This document shows, piece by piece, positions 25,171-38,042 of a stretch of 64,000 nucleotides of DNA. Made by a program: the position numbers and the translations under genes. Source of the stretch: Octopus sinensis (lineage: Eukaryota); the NCBI RefSeq assembly GCF_006345805.1, contig NC_043004.1, forward strand, positions 83,886,001-83,950,000, in the 5' to 3' direction. The notes beneath the pieces were generated by a model. That model did not search any database and was not told the origin of the DNA. It saw nothing but the letters and a program-made list of their open reading frames with translations. Every line of letters begins with the position of its first letter. Position 1 is the stretch's first letter.

Positions 25171-26732
25171 TAATGAATATAGCTACATTGTGTATATATG
25201 CGAAAGAGAGTTACATTGTGAAAAATCGTTAATATTAGAAGAGCAAAATATAATATTCCTGCAAAAGGTTGAGCTGCATTTTTACTGCTATTTTAGTTAA
25301 TTATCCTACAGAGAGAAGAAAACTAGTAAAATAGAATATTGTGAAAAAGGGATAATAAGTATCAAAATTTTTGCCAAATATTCTGATGATTTAAAAATGT
25401 TGGCGAGTAGCCAACTTCCTGACGATATATTATTTTTTTAGAAAATAATTGCGTATACGATGGAGATTGTCTTTTTTTTTCTATTGAATTCAGAATAAAT
25501 GCATTGAAGTGATCAGAATTAAAAATATTTCCTACCATATTCTGGACCAATTTCAGGTCTAGTTTTTGTTAAACGTCACCTGAATCTCAGCGAGTGTTAT
25601 TAACCATTTGTCATATAGTTTTTATTTTTCTCTGCATCGTCAAATATATTGTATATTCCCAACGTAACGTAAACAGAAATTACCATAACTTGTCATCGTT
25701 CATACTAGATATCACATCATCATATACACTTTTTTACTGGCAGTTACTTGCCAAGCCACTTGCAAATTGCACTCCCCATGTACACTATACATCACCCTAT
25801 TTCTACTTTTTGCCAATGATATAAATTCCGTTATACACATGTTAATTATACCATCAATTTTTCTAAATATTTCAATTTGTCTTTAAAGATAATCTTGAAA
25901 GAAGAACTAACCAAAACGTGCAAAATTCAGTTAAATGTGTACCGTATAAAATATAGTTTGTCTGAAAACTTTTATTTAAAGTTTCCAAAATAATTATATT
26001 GTACGCACAAAATTCAAATTATTCGTACACTTTAAATCCTGTATCTTCTTTTGTATTTTTACGTTTCTAAGTAGTGTGCTTCCCTTCTGTAGTTTTTGTT
26101 TGGTTAGGAGGATAAATGATTTTGAATGACAATACTATTAGATGTTAGGTTTTTGAATTTCATATTTTGCTCTATGAAGATTACTTCTTTAGTCTTTCAA
26201 AATGGAAATCGTTTCCAACAGTCTGATTTAACTACACCCAATAAAAAGATGTATATTTAATAGTTCTATCCCAACGTTTTCAAGTTATTTAAAGATGATA
26301 AATTAAAAAAAACAACCGGAGGCATGTGTATTGTGATTGCAGTTTCATTTCTCACAAGAAAATTTCAGGAAATCTATTTGTTGCTCGTTTATCAGACACC
26401 AAACATTATTTCTCTAATATTACGAGAATAAAATACCATTACTGTAAAAAAGGAAGATAATGAATACAATCTCCTGCAAAAATTATTTTTCCACGCATGA
26501 TATCAGTTGCCCACAAGGATTTACGATGTAAATGATGCAGACTTCAATATAACCGTATGACTAACAGTTTAATATGTCTTATATGAAGTGTCCGTAATAA
26601 AGGTTTCAAATTTTGCTACAAGTTCTGGGAATGGAACTACTCGAATATGTCGAATACATTGGTTTCTCAACTGGTATTTACTTTATTGACCACGAAAGGA
26701 TGGTTTTATCTCTAATTTGATAAATATATTTA

Positions 26733-26792
26733 TACTGTAAAATTAGATTTAATCCTAAATCTAATTTTCCCTGTAAGTTTGGATTTACTTCC

Positions 26793-26795
<3 letters not shown>
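26733..26795 (+). mobile_element. Solo 3'-terminal tail of a Penelope related to the 53-60 kb element
   Basis: 'tactgtaaaattagatttaatcctaaatctaattttccctgtaagtttggat' closely matches 60366-60425 and 54670-54720. Followed by (TTA)n/(TA)n. Confidence 0.75.
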
Positions 26796-26841
<46 letters not shown>

Positions 26842-26858
26842 ATTATAATTATTTTTAT

Positions 26859-26897
<39 letters not shown>

Positions 26898-26973
26898 CAT
26901 GTATGTATGTATGTATGTATGTATGTATGTATGTATGTATGTATGTATGTATGTATATGTATATGTATATGTG

Positions 26974-27285
26974 TGGAGGCGCAATGACCCAGTGGGTAGG
27001 GCAGCAGACTCGCGGTCGGAGGATCGCAGTTTCGATTCCCAGACCGGGCATTGTGTGTGTTTATTGAGCGAAAACACCTAAAGCTCCATGGGGCTCCGGC
27101 AGGGGGTGTTGTACTCTTTCGCCCAAACTTTCTCTCACTCTTTCCTGCTGTTTATTGAGTAACGCTGCGATGGCCTGGCGTCACGTTCAGCTGGGGGGGG
27201 GGCACATATGCTATAGAAACCGGGAAACCGGGCCCATGAGCCTGGCTAGGCTTGACAAGGGCGCATAAATAAAAAAAATAAAAAT
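26974..27285 (+). mobile_element. SINE family C, full length
   Basis: 'ggaggcgcaatgacccagtgggtagggcagcagactcgcggtc..gtttcgattccc'; homologous to 10556-10872. Confidence 0.92.
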
Positions 27286-28094
27286 ATGTATAATTACATT
27301 ATTGTGTGTGTGTAAGTATGTATGTATGTCTGTATATCAATATGTATAAGTTATTAATTTCATGCCCATATTCCAAAGACATGTGAATAACATTCGACGA
27401 AGGCTAATTTAATTCATAACAATTATACGGCTTTCCTGAATGACTGCCTCCACACATTATTTGAAAACAGTGTATTTGTCTTGAATTAAATTATTGTTTG
27501 CCTATTTGTATTGAAAACATAATGGCGTCTCTTCAGCTACAGCAATTTTTCTTTATGAAAATATCATGAGATTTTGGATACACATGTGGACAACCACTAC
27601 GACATTTTCGGTTTAAACATGTGTTTAACGAAGCTTTTACTACTTCTTTGCCCGAATGTTTTCCCGCTCAATATCACATCATAACTCCATAAGTAGAATG
27701 GGAAATTCAATAATTATTACATGATCAATCAATGTGTTACCGGCTGTTATTGACTGATTTCGGTCTACAGCTCACTCCTTAGCAAACCACTCATCTCATA
27801 ATCAATATTACAACTTCAATTATTTTCCATTACCTGGCTGTTAACTTTAATTCGTCTCTTCGGCGTCAATATTTTATTTGTAAACAATAGTTGATGAAAT
27901 TTTTTGTTTTATGGTTGGACCAATAATGTGGGCATCTGCACAATAATTAACAGTAATTACGGATAATGTTGTGTTTCTGTCGTAAAACTTCAATTGTTTT
28001 TTAAAAATTACGAATAAAAATAATCATCAATTGTAATAATCGTTTTCAAATTATACACAAACATGCACTCCCACACATACACGCATGTATGTAT

Positions 28095-28439
28095 GTATAG
28101 TAGGATGCTTGCTTCTCAACCTCGTGGTTCTGGGTTCAATCACACTGCGTGGTACCTTCGGCATGAACCTTCTAATATAGCGCAGGGCCTACCAAAACTT
28201 GCGAATAGACTTGGTAGACGGAAACTGAAATAATGTGTGTGTTTTCGGTCCGTGCTTCTATCGTGTTGGTGTGTTTACGTCCCTGTAAATGACCGGTTGG
28301 GCAAGCGTGACCGATAGTGTAAGTACTAGGCTTAAGAAATAAGTCCATGGGTCGATTTGCTCGAATAACATCCCTTCAAGGCAGAGCTCCAGCATGGACC
28401 CAGTCAAATGCCTGAAACAAGTAGAAGAGTAAAAGAAAG

Positions 28440-28440
<1 letters not shown>
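28095..28440 (+). mobile_element. Diverged SINE family A
   Basis: 'ggtagacggaaactgaaa', 'ggtgtgtttacgtccctgt' and tail 'gctccagcatggacccagtcaaatgcctgaaacaagt'. Confidence 0.85.
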
Positions 28441-28475
<35 letters not shown>

Positions 28476-29291
28476 TGTTAACATGTCTCGTCCAAGTTGT
28501 AATGGCTTTAATCCAAGTGATAGTCACAGACAAGATGACGGATTAGAGGATTGTGATAAATAGTTCTTGATCTATTTATTGTATTATTTAATACAAAACT
28601 AAGTAAACTAATTTGGTCAAACAGAGTCAAAAGCAAGAGATATTCTATCGATTGGGAACCAATTAGTTCTGATAGGCCATATTGAATATGGAGAAATACC
28701 TGCGAAATATGCTTAGAATAATTTACGTCAAAACACATTAATTTAATACAAGACAAGAATAGGCTCTAAGATGTTTACACAAAATGGATAGATCATTTAG
28801 ATTTATAGGGATAATTCTAGGTAGCCAACACTCCAGCAGCTGATGAGCCTGATATAACAAATAGAATAACAAAACCTAAATAATAAAAATATTTAATAAT
28901 CATTATTAATAAAAAAAAATATATCTTACCCAATGTATGACACAAATTCTGAGCAACCCAACTAAAAACATTAACCCGTCAATATAAGCACCGCAAGCGA
29001 AATCAAAAACATAGCACACACATTCATTAAAACGACGAAAGATTCTCACATGAAAATAATCTCGACCTTGACCTATTTTAAACCGATCACTTACTGCGGA
29101 CACCGACAGGGTTGAAGCTGATGCCGATAATTAAAAACACCCTGACCTCCCACGGAGTATTATCTAGGAAAACGTTACTTCAGTCAGTTCTCTTTCGAGC
29201 ATGACCAAATAGACGGATCCTGACAACATTTCAAGGCTTCGTTTGCAATAGTGTGTTGTCGTTGCAGCGGATCATTACATGCTGTATTTTT

Positions 29292-29503
29292 TTTTCTAGT
29301 TTCAGCTCAGAGCTGCGGCCATGCTGATGCACCGCCGTTTTGTGCTACACTGTTATTGCGACGAACCTCGTCTAATATGTGGCACTTGGTGAAGAATGCA
29401 GTTTGATACAGCTACTCTCATTTGCACCTCTTGCCGTGAGGTAGGTTCATCTGGGACACTTGACAGGAAGATGTCCAGTTTTGATTTAAAAACCGCAACA
29501 TCT
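29292..29503 (-). mobile_element. 3' end of a CR1-like LINE
   Basis: Minus strand encodes 'DVAVFKSKLDIFLSSVPDEPTSRQEVQMRVAVSNCILHQVP', then 3'UTR 'ggcggtgcatcagcatggccgcagctctgagctgaaactag'. Confidence 0.7.
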
Positions 29504-30081
29504 ATTATTTTATATAACTAATATAAAATAGATATTGTGTATGTAAAAGTCCCCATAATCTTTTTTTTTTTTGTTGTTATTAATATCTATATATACACCG
29601 GGCAATTTTTTTCTGTCCGGTGAAGAGTAAACGGAATTACCCATCGAAATAATTCACGGAGTGACTAACAATTATTTCTAGTGACAGATATTAAATACTG
29701 ATCGTTGAGATTAGCCCTTAACTGGAACTTACCTGAGAGCTAATACGGTATCCGCCTGGATAATACATCCCTCCAAACTCGCTTTGATACATACATCCAT
29801 ACACACAGACACACACACAGACACACAGTCACATTTATATACACGGAGTATGGGGGCTTAGTTCACAGGTGTTCTAAACGATTATGTGCTCCAGGTAAGT
29901 ACTGTAACGTATAACTGGGGCTCCAAGCTTACAGCCGAAACAGTAGTTATGTAGCCATTGCAGACTTCCAACGCAGTGAATATATGATTGTTAAAGAGGA
30001 CAACAAACATTAAGGTAAGGCAAACATCGCAAGCTGTACACAATAATATTTTCCAATTTATTCGAATAACAATATCGTATA

Positions 30082-30308
30082 CCTATTTCTTTATTACCCA
30101 CAATGGGCTAAACATAGAGGGGACAAACAAGGACAGACATAGGTATTAAGTCGATTCCATCTACCCCAGTGCGTAACTGGTACTTAATTTATCGACCCCG
30201 AAAGGATGAAAGGCAAAGTCGACCTCGGCGGAATTTGAACTCAGAACGTAACGCAGACGAAATACCGCTAAGCATTTCGCCCGGCGTGCTAACGTTTCTG
30301 CCAGCTCG
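30082..30308 (-). mobile_element. Well-preserved SINE family B
   Basis: Minus strand 'cgagctggcagaaacgttagcacgccgggcgaaatgcttagcgg..gagttcaaattcc..ggggtagatggaatcgac..gtaataaagaaatagg'. Confidence 0.92.
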
Positions 30309-31089
30309 TATACCACTTTAGATGTTAGCCTTGCCTTAATGTTTGTTATTCTCTTTCACAAATATACATACATACATATGCATACATATAGTTGTCTATC
30401 TATCCATCTATTTATCTATATGTGTGTGTGTCTGTATGTGTGTGTGCATGTTTGTAAAGGGAGAAATAGATACATATATACATATATATGTATATACATG
30501 TGCGTATCCGTGGCTATATGCATGTTTGTCGATTTTAACATGGGTATATACCTTTATATACTCAAACAACACATAAACATACAGACGTAGTTACACACAG
30601 AGACACACGCTCGCAAACACACGAACACATACTGAAGGAACAGGAGAATTTAGACAAGCCGATCCCAGGACAGAGGAAGCTTAAGAAGCTAAAGTCTAAA
30701 TGGGCACCTGACTGAAACTGATGGATAAATTTCCGAAAGCAGCATTCAGTAGAATGCATTGTGGTAATGAATATCTCACCGCTGTAAGCCCCTCACTACT
30801 GCAGACTATCTGTTAAGCAAGATGTTGTGCAATTGTGCATTTGATGAGAGATGATAAGCATTTCACAACATATTAAAATTATAGTGAGAAAGTTATTGGT
30901 AAGCGTTTGCCTACCACCTACATATTTGAACTTTGGCAGTTCTCGAGTACAGTGAGCGTGACACAATAACATAAGGCTGGAACTTTGACATTACAAGTAA
31001 TCCCTCAGAGAAAATATAAATAGATATATTAACAAGCAGATAGAGGGAGAGAAACGGAAAGAGGCAGGACGAGAGAGAATGAGAGCTTT

Positions 31090-31130
<41 letters not shown>

Positions 31131-32685
31131 TTTCAAAACAAATTGGTATTTTACTTTCCTTTCTCGTAACGATGAAATTCAAAGCAAATTTGTTGGATTT
31201 TGAAATCGGAATGCATAAAATAACAAAATAAATAATATTGTTCATTAAACAAAATCCTCACCAATTATGCTAATTTCGGCAACGTGTAGATGAAAAATGA
31301 ATTTATGAAATATGAATTCCATACAAAATCTCCATAAAGCTGTAATAGAGACCTAAAACAATATTACATGTGTATATTGACTAGAGAAGTTAATCGAAAA
31401 GTGACGAAAACAATAAGATACAGGCAAAATAATTCAATATGTTAAAGCAATTTATATTTCGTATGAATCTGTAAAAACAAATGTTAATCAAATTAATATT
31501 ACATTGTACATGTATGATATATGTTTATATATATTTACTTGCAACCATAAACTTAGGTAATATTGTGTTAAAGGAAGTGAAATATTCGATTCGTGACGAA
31601 AATATGTTATAAATTATTTGTTTGGAAGGTATGGAGGTGTTGTTTCGTTTTTGGATTCAACAGATATTTTAACAAATACGAACCTGATGTGTGATCTCAT
31701 CATTGTAAATTTTAGCACGTTGACACACACACATGTGCACGTGAGTATATATATATATATATATATAATATATATATATATATTTATACACACACAAGTA
31801 AATATACACATACACACATACATATTTAGGTAGGTATACATATGTAAGAGTGTACGTATACGTATATTACATTACATATATGTAGGTATATGTATCAATG
31901 TCCACGCATATGTACATATATTAAGTATACATACACGCCACCCCATATATATATACACACATACATATGTATATATATATATGGAGGAAGGGATTGAGCA
32001 AGGGGAGTTGGGATGGTGGAAGAGACATAGTCACAGAAAAAGACATCAGAGCGTATCTATCAAATTTACAGTTAACAAAATAAAAATATATTTTATGTTG
32101 AGCTGGAAATAATAAACATTACATTCTATAAACACGACAAAATCCAATAAAAATATTAGCAAATCTAATTAAATCCATTTGATATGAATGTAAAATCTAT
32201 CCTTGCTTAATATAAAACAGTAGGAAATTAACGTTCCTAAATGTTTGGAAATATAATGTAAACGCCATACAGAAGTTGTAGAAAAGTAAGTTTACACGTA
32301 GAAAAGTAAGTTTATAAGCATACCTGCCGTCATGTATATTTTTATGCAAATATTCTTTTATGTGTGCCTGTGAAAATAACTGGAGAAAGAATATGCTAGA
32401 AGAGGTACTAGCTATTTCGAATTGTGATTTAGTTTCATTAGACTGGTGTTTTTTTTTAAAGGTATGCAGCAAACTACACCGAATATGCAAAAGGTTGAAT
32501 TGGAAACACTGGAAGGATACCAGCCCAAAAGAATCGCGTCCCTTAGAGGCTAATTAATGGTGTATGTTGTCCTTTCGTCATACCCTCTTTGCAGGAACTA
32601 GGACAAGCGATGTAATTTATTGCGTGTTCGAGTCGATCATATACATACATACATACATACATACATACATACATACATACATACA

Positions 32686-32718
<33 letters not shown>

Positions 32719-32849
32719 GTATGCATCTATAACTTAGATTGGTTTCGGCCATTATCGGCAGAGATCATGACTAAGTCAATAGCACCACCCGGAAAAAAAA
32801 AAACTTTTAGTAAATTATTTCGGAATATCGCTAGCCACTAACCTTTTTT

Positions 32850-32990
32850 TCTATTCTCTCTCGCTGTTTATTTTTCTGTCCCTTTCTGTCGAAGAGCGTA
32901 GGCTCGAAATATCAAATACTTTCTCACTTCCCGAGCGTTAAACTAATAAATCTGTTGGTTTTTTTACATACTCGTCTTCGTCTTTATTGT
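32850..32990 (+). mobile_element. Penelope-type terminal remnant with hammerhead-like motif (32878-32920)
   Basis: CTGTCGA-A-GAGC gtag GCTC-GAAA. Homologous to 9046-9225; ends at (TA)n. Confidence 0.55.
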
Positions 32991-34286
32991 TTATATATAT
33001 ATATATATATATATAAGATTGTGATGGATATCAAATATTTGAAAGAGCATAGATTGGAACTTGCTAAGGTGAACGACAGCTAAACTCAGACCCAGGATGT
33101 AAAATATGTTTTTATTGAGTAAAGTATGATTTTTCTTCTACTGCCAAATAATTTTCGTCTTCAAAATGTAAACTTTTACGTTGCTAAAATTTTATAAATG
33201 AGCAATTTATGTGAAATTTATGTGAAAACGTTTTTTAGTATATTTACTTTGATATATGTTCAAATGTGTAGCGTAATATATAATGATTTGGCGCATTTTC
33301 ATCCTTTCTCTCGTTTTATTTATATACAAAGGATTGACTCATTTTAATTTAAGAGAATAAAGATTTGCTGTTAAGGATTCCAAACCGCTGATATTTGAAC
33401 CAAACTTTGTAATAAAAATTCGCATATCATCGGAAGTAGCATTTTGAAAACTAATTTCAATTATAGACGAATAATTATCGAAATACTGATGAAAGTAATC
33501 AGTTTCAAACAAAATGCCACATACGAGAAGGATATGATGGAATAATATTCAAATGGATCCTAGATGAATAGCTTCAACAAATTCCTGATTAACTATCTGT
33601 ACAAATATATCTCTACACAGAATAACTCAAACGAATGGGTGGTGGTGCACAAAGTATGAGAGTAATATGAAAAAGCATTTAATGACTTTTCCAGGTGGTG
33701 ATATAAAGCTAAGCATGGCATGGGCCAGATCTAGACTAAACTTGTATGTATTATGTGTATATATATATGCGCGCGTGTGTGTTATTGTTATATAAGGATG
33801 AAATTCAGGCATCCAAATGTAGGACGTTTTGTAAGCTTCAAGCAGCCCATAGCAGAAAAAAAGATGGACCGCGTACGTTCTGTTACAGTTGCAACTTATT
33901 GGTGTCGAATATTACACATGCTTTCCTAAAAGGAATTTACGAGGAAATCCGAGGTGCTGCAAATGTCACCATTCATTTCAAATTACATCTAAGGGGCGGT
34001 AACAGGAGATACCCACACAACAATATAACAATCATAGGTTTAACGTATCCTTTGTCTCATGAGGAGTGAGCTGAGTTGCCCTCGTGCAGGTATTATTATG
34101 GCAAATTAAGAAACATGTGCAGCCTGGACTTCAATTCTGCTCAACATGGTATACGAGCTGTTTAGTTGTTTAACTTCTGAAGAAATTCTAGTTGGAAATT
34201 GCTTACAGTTCCTTCTAACACGTAAAATTCTGTAATTCTTATTAGCAAATAAAACAAGTGTAATGGCAAACGGATAATAGTAACAC

Positions 34287-34383
<97 letters not shown>

Positions 34384-34452
34384 AAGATTCATACGTATAT
34401 GCATATTATACGTGTGTATATATATGTGCATATATATATAAAGGTACATATG

Positions 34453-34557
<105 letters not shown>

Positions 34558-35219
34558 CATATCTTCATGCACACATATATTATTAGAAAGATAAACAAAT
34601 TGAGAGAGAGAGAGAGAGAGAGAGACTGAGATAGCAATCTCAAATATATTGCTTAATCTGTACGAACATAATGAAAATCTGATGACTGCGGTAATCGTTA
34701 TTGCATCTCAACAATACAATTCTATATATCATTCAGATACACACGATGAAATAGCTATCACACACTATTAGTTTCTGTAAGACGTGGTTCACAAAAATAC
34801 GTAACATGATATAATCACAGCAAGCCAGCTGTTCCTAGAATATTCACTGAATTTATCTCCTCTGTTTTCGCTGATAGAATTAGTACTGCAAACAATTATC
34901 GTCGATGCAAACTGTGGTATCATTCACATGATTGTCATCGCTGTAAGAATAATTCAAAACCCATAAAAATTTTGGCCATTCCTGTTGCCTACCTTTTACA
35001 TAGCTAGCATAGTATCTACAGGTCTATATCTATGGATTTAGGAAAACAGTTACCTAATTGTTAGTCAGTTTCTCTGTATATTGACATTCACCTCTCTGTC
35101 CAACGTATGTGCACTCATTTTGGTATGTATATTTATATGTGCGTGTTCATATCTATCTGTGTTTAGTGTGTGTGTGTTTCTGTGTGTGTGTGTGTGCATA
35201 TATAGATACATAGTGGAAT

Positions 35220-35515
35220 TTATCGGCCCCAGGTCTTATTATTTCAATCTCAAGTACTTAGTCTATTGTACTATTTTTGCCGAACCGCTAAGGTACAGGA
35301 ACGTAAACACACCAACATATGTTTTTAGCGTGTGTAGGGCAAACATAGAGAAAAACACACACATATACATATATACGACGGGTTTCCGTCTACCAAATCT
35401 ATTCTCAAGATTATGGTGGGTCCGAGGCTACACTAGACGACAGCTGCCGAAGACTCCACGCAGTGGACGGAACCTGGAGCAATCTTCCTAGCAAACAGTC
35501 ATGGCCGTGCCTATG
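35220..35515 (-). mobile_element. Degenerate SINE family A
   Basis: 'tttgccgaaccgctaag', 'tttccgtctaccaaat', 'ccacgcagtgg'. Confidence 0.75.
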
Positions 35516-35542
35516 CTATATACATACATACACACACACACA

Positions 35543-35595
<53 letters not shown>

Positions 35596-35687
35596 CATAT
35601 ATGTGCGTGGGGGTGTACAATAAACACACGCTCTGTATATTCGTACTTCACTTGTTTATTATTGTTCTTATTGTAACTGTGCTTCAT

Positions 35688-35732
35688 TGTCTGGAAATCT
35701 TTCGTCGCACGTCTGTGACCTCTTCAGTGACA
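35688..35732 (-). ncRNA. Minimal hammerhead-like motif (further family)
   Basis: Minus strand: tgtca-CTGAAGA-G-GTC acagacgtgc GAC-GAAA-gat-TTC-cagaca. Confidence 0.5.
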
Positions 35733-35944
35733 CTTTCCATCTTCCTGTGTTGATATCCATAAGATTGCGATTACTTTCTAGCTAATTTATTTCAGAGTCT
35801 AATATATTATTTTATAAATTACATAGCACTATTGTACATTCTACAAGCTAATACAAGGAGCTTATATTGTGATCAACATTGGAGGACTTTAGTCAAGCAT
35901 GTCGACTCCAGGTCATCTTTTTTTGTAAGCCTAGTATTTAATCT

Positions 35945-37320
35945 GGGTCTAGGCAAGTTTGTCTCAAACAATTCGTCTAAAATACAATTTATCTGAATGC
36001 AATTTGTGTAAAACAATTTGTATTTGTATGAAATAATTTGTATAAAACAGTCTTAATCTTGAAACAAATTATCTAAACTACAACCTAACTAAAAAATAAA
36101 CGTTGTTAGTCTTTGATGAATTCGTATTTTTGTCATAATTTATAATTCTTTGGGTTTATTACTAGCTGTTAACTATTTATAAAATCATCAGGATTATTTT
36201 AATTCAAAATGCATAAAAAAGAAAAATATATTATTCACTGAAAGGACTTATCAAATCTTAAAAGGAAATGTTGCATACTATGAACGGAATCAATAATATT
36301 TTGTTGATCAAAATTTTGAACAAGACTTTTTATTAGCTTTGCAGCATTTCGATAGCGCTTCTTTGGAGGTTTTGGTTCCATTTAAGCAATATACTGCTCA
36401 ATTCGAATCTCGCTTAGACTTTGTACTTTGTAGAAATTTGACAAATTTCTAGACGTTGGGGTGATGAGACCTAACGCGGTTTTTGAATGTTCGATGCCAT
36501 CCTTCGACAGATTTACTTGTTTGGGGCAAGTCATCGAGAACTCCTTCGGTTAGGCTTCACAATCCATTAATCCTTGAAATAATCAATGATGTTTTGTGCT
36601 TCATCAAGGAAGGTATTGTTATCACACACTAACTTAAATTCTCTTGTTACTGTGCCAACTGGGACAAATACTAATGGTGGTAGCCTCCTCAGCACTAAAG
36701 CAAAGTTAGAGTCTGTTTCATATTTTCTTTTTAAGCCATTACTTTGAATTACACGTAAGATATATTGGCTGAAGTGGAAAAAGTAACCGTTGTGTTCTGC
36801 ACTAGGAAATTCGTTCAAAAATACTATTATCATTGCTTTCTCACAATCGATCGTTATTGACAATGGCGCACATGATGGCTCAAGATTATTTATCTTGTGC
36901 AAAATCGATATATATATATGTCCTGTTTTGTCCGGCAATAACGCAAACACGAGCGGCAGCAAATCTTTCTCTTTTAATCTATGTAGGCTGTATAACTGGT
37001 GAAATAACAAAGCGAATGCTTATTGATGAACATTGTGACTTACCCCTTGTCGTAAATATCGCAATACACTTTTCAACGGGTCCTGTGACATAAAGCAGAA
37101 ACTGATCACCTTTTAAAGATTTAATATTAGGTGGGAAAACATCTTCACTGCAAGTTGATGGTAGGGCCGGTCCAGTGAGGTTTTGCTGCCCTATAGGTGT
37201 TATAGTTCTCTTAACGCTTTGCATTTTTCCTAGTTTCGAGACAACATCTTGACCGAAATCATCGAGAACACTAGACACAACTGAATGAGGTGGATCTTGT
37301 GTTCGCTTAGCCATTTAACA
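35945..37320 (-). mobile_element. Mutator-like (MULE) transposon remnant
   Basis: ORF 36567-37010 'QLYSLH..LPLVFALLPDKT..ITIDCEKAM..GYFFHFSQ', downstream 'LPQTSKSVEGWH', and a repetitive TIR-like end 'gggtctaggcaagtttgtct..aattcgtctaa' at 35945. No partner TIR seen. Confidence 0.8.
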
Positions 37321-37966
37321 TATTTTTAAAACGTCCTCCTTCCCATCTACTCACAAATCTATGGGACTAAAACAGATGCCATACTGTTAGGAAGAAAGCT
37401 TTTTGCCACACACCCAGGACTGCGAATATGTGTATATTTGTGCCTCTGTGTGTGTGTGTGTGTGCGTGCGTGTGTGTGCGTTCGTGCATGCGTGTGCGTT
37501 TGTGTATAAATGTTACATTATAATTGGGTCTACTACGGAGGCGTGAACGCATCACAAGTGCGTTTAGAGAAAGTTGAATTGTTTCAAACTTCCAGCCATT
37601 GTTTCCCGCACCTTGACAATAAGCGTCATGATGTTGTAGACGTTTGTGTGTATAACGTGGGCCACTATATAGGTCATAGGATCATTAAAATGGTGAAAGG
37701 ATGCAGGCATCGAGTAGAAAAACTACATAATATTCGTGGGAAAACAATGAATTTACAACTGTTTTTGATAGTTAAAACTTGTTCGCACGTTGTCTTCCGC
37801 TGAAGCAAGTATACCTCATTTGCAGGAAAGCTAGAGGTAGACAGCAACTAGGGAGTGTCTACATCCATGATATTTAATAATTTACTATCACAGAGAAGCT
37901 GGGCAATCGGTTCGAAAGACGTCATCGGCTCCTAATTTCGCAATAGGCTCTGATTATATCTGATAC

Positions 37967-38042
37967 TGGATCAGCAGTATATATACTTTTGATACGAAAT
38001 AAACGTTTATTTCGTATCAAAAGTATATATACTGCTGATCCA
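37967..38042. repeat. 76-bp perfect spacerless palindrome
   Basis: tggatcagcagtatatatacttttgatacgaaataaac|gtttatttcgtatcaaaagtatatatactgctgatcca; 38-bp arms with no mismatch. Confidence 0.97.

Noticed and set aside
26974-27050. tRNA gene (also 10556, 43165 and the family A heads)
   Set aside because: A/B-box-like heads continue into SINE bodies and no complete cloverleaf is evident.
28838-28875. Hammerhead at CTGATGAgcc
   Set aside because: No closing stem II or GAAA nearby.
29725-29736. U1 snRNA 5' end (acttacctg)
   Set aside because: The match is limited to 9 nt and the downstream sequence is not U1; better read as an antisense splice donor.
33800-34070. Gypsy gag zinc-knuckle remnant (CYSC.., CCKCH)
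   Set aside because: CCHC spacing is incomplete and there is no LTR or pol sequence nearby.
37520-37810. Tc1/mariner transposase C-terminal fragment on the minus strand
   Set aside because: Only faint resemblance across frameshifts; no intact motif.
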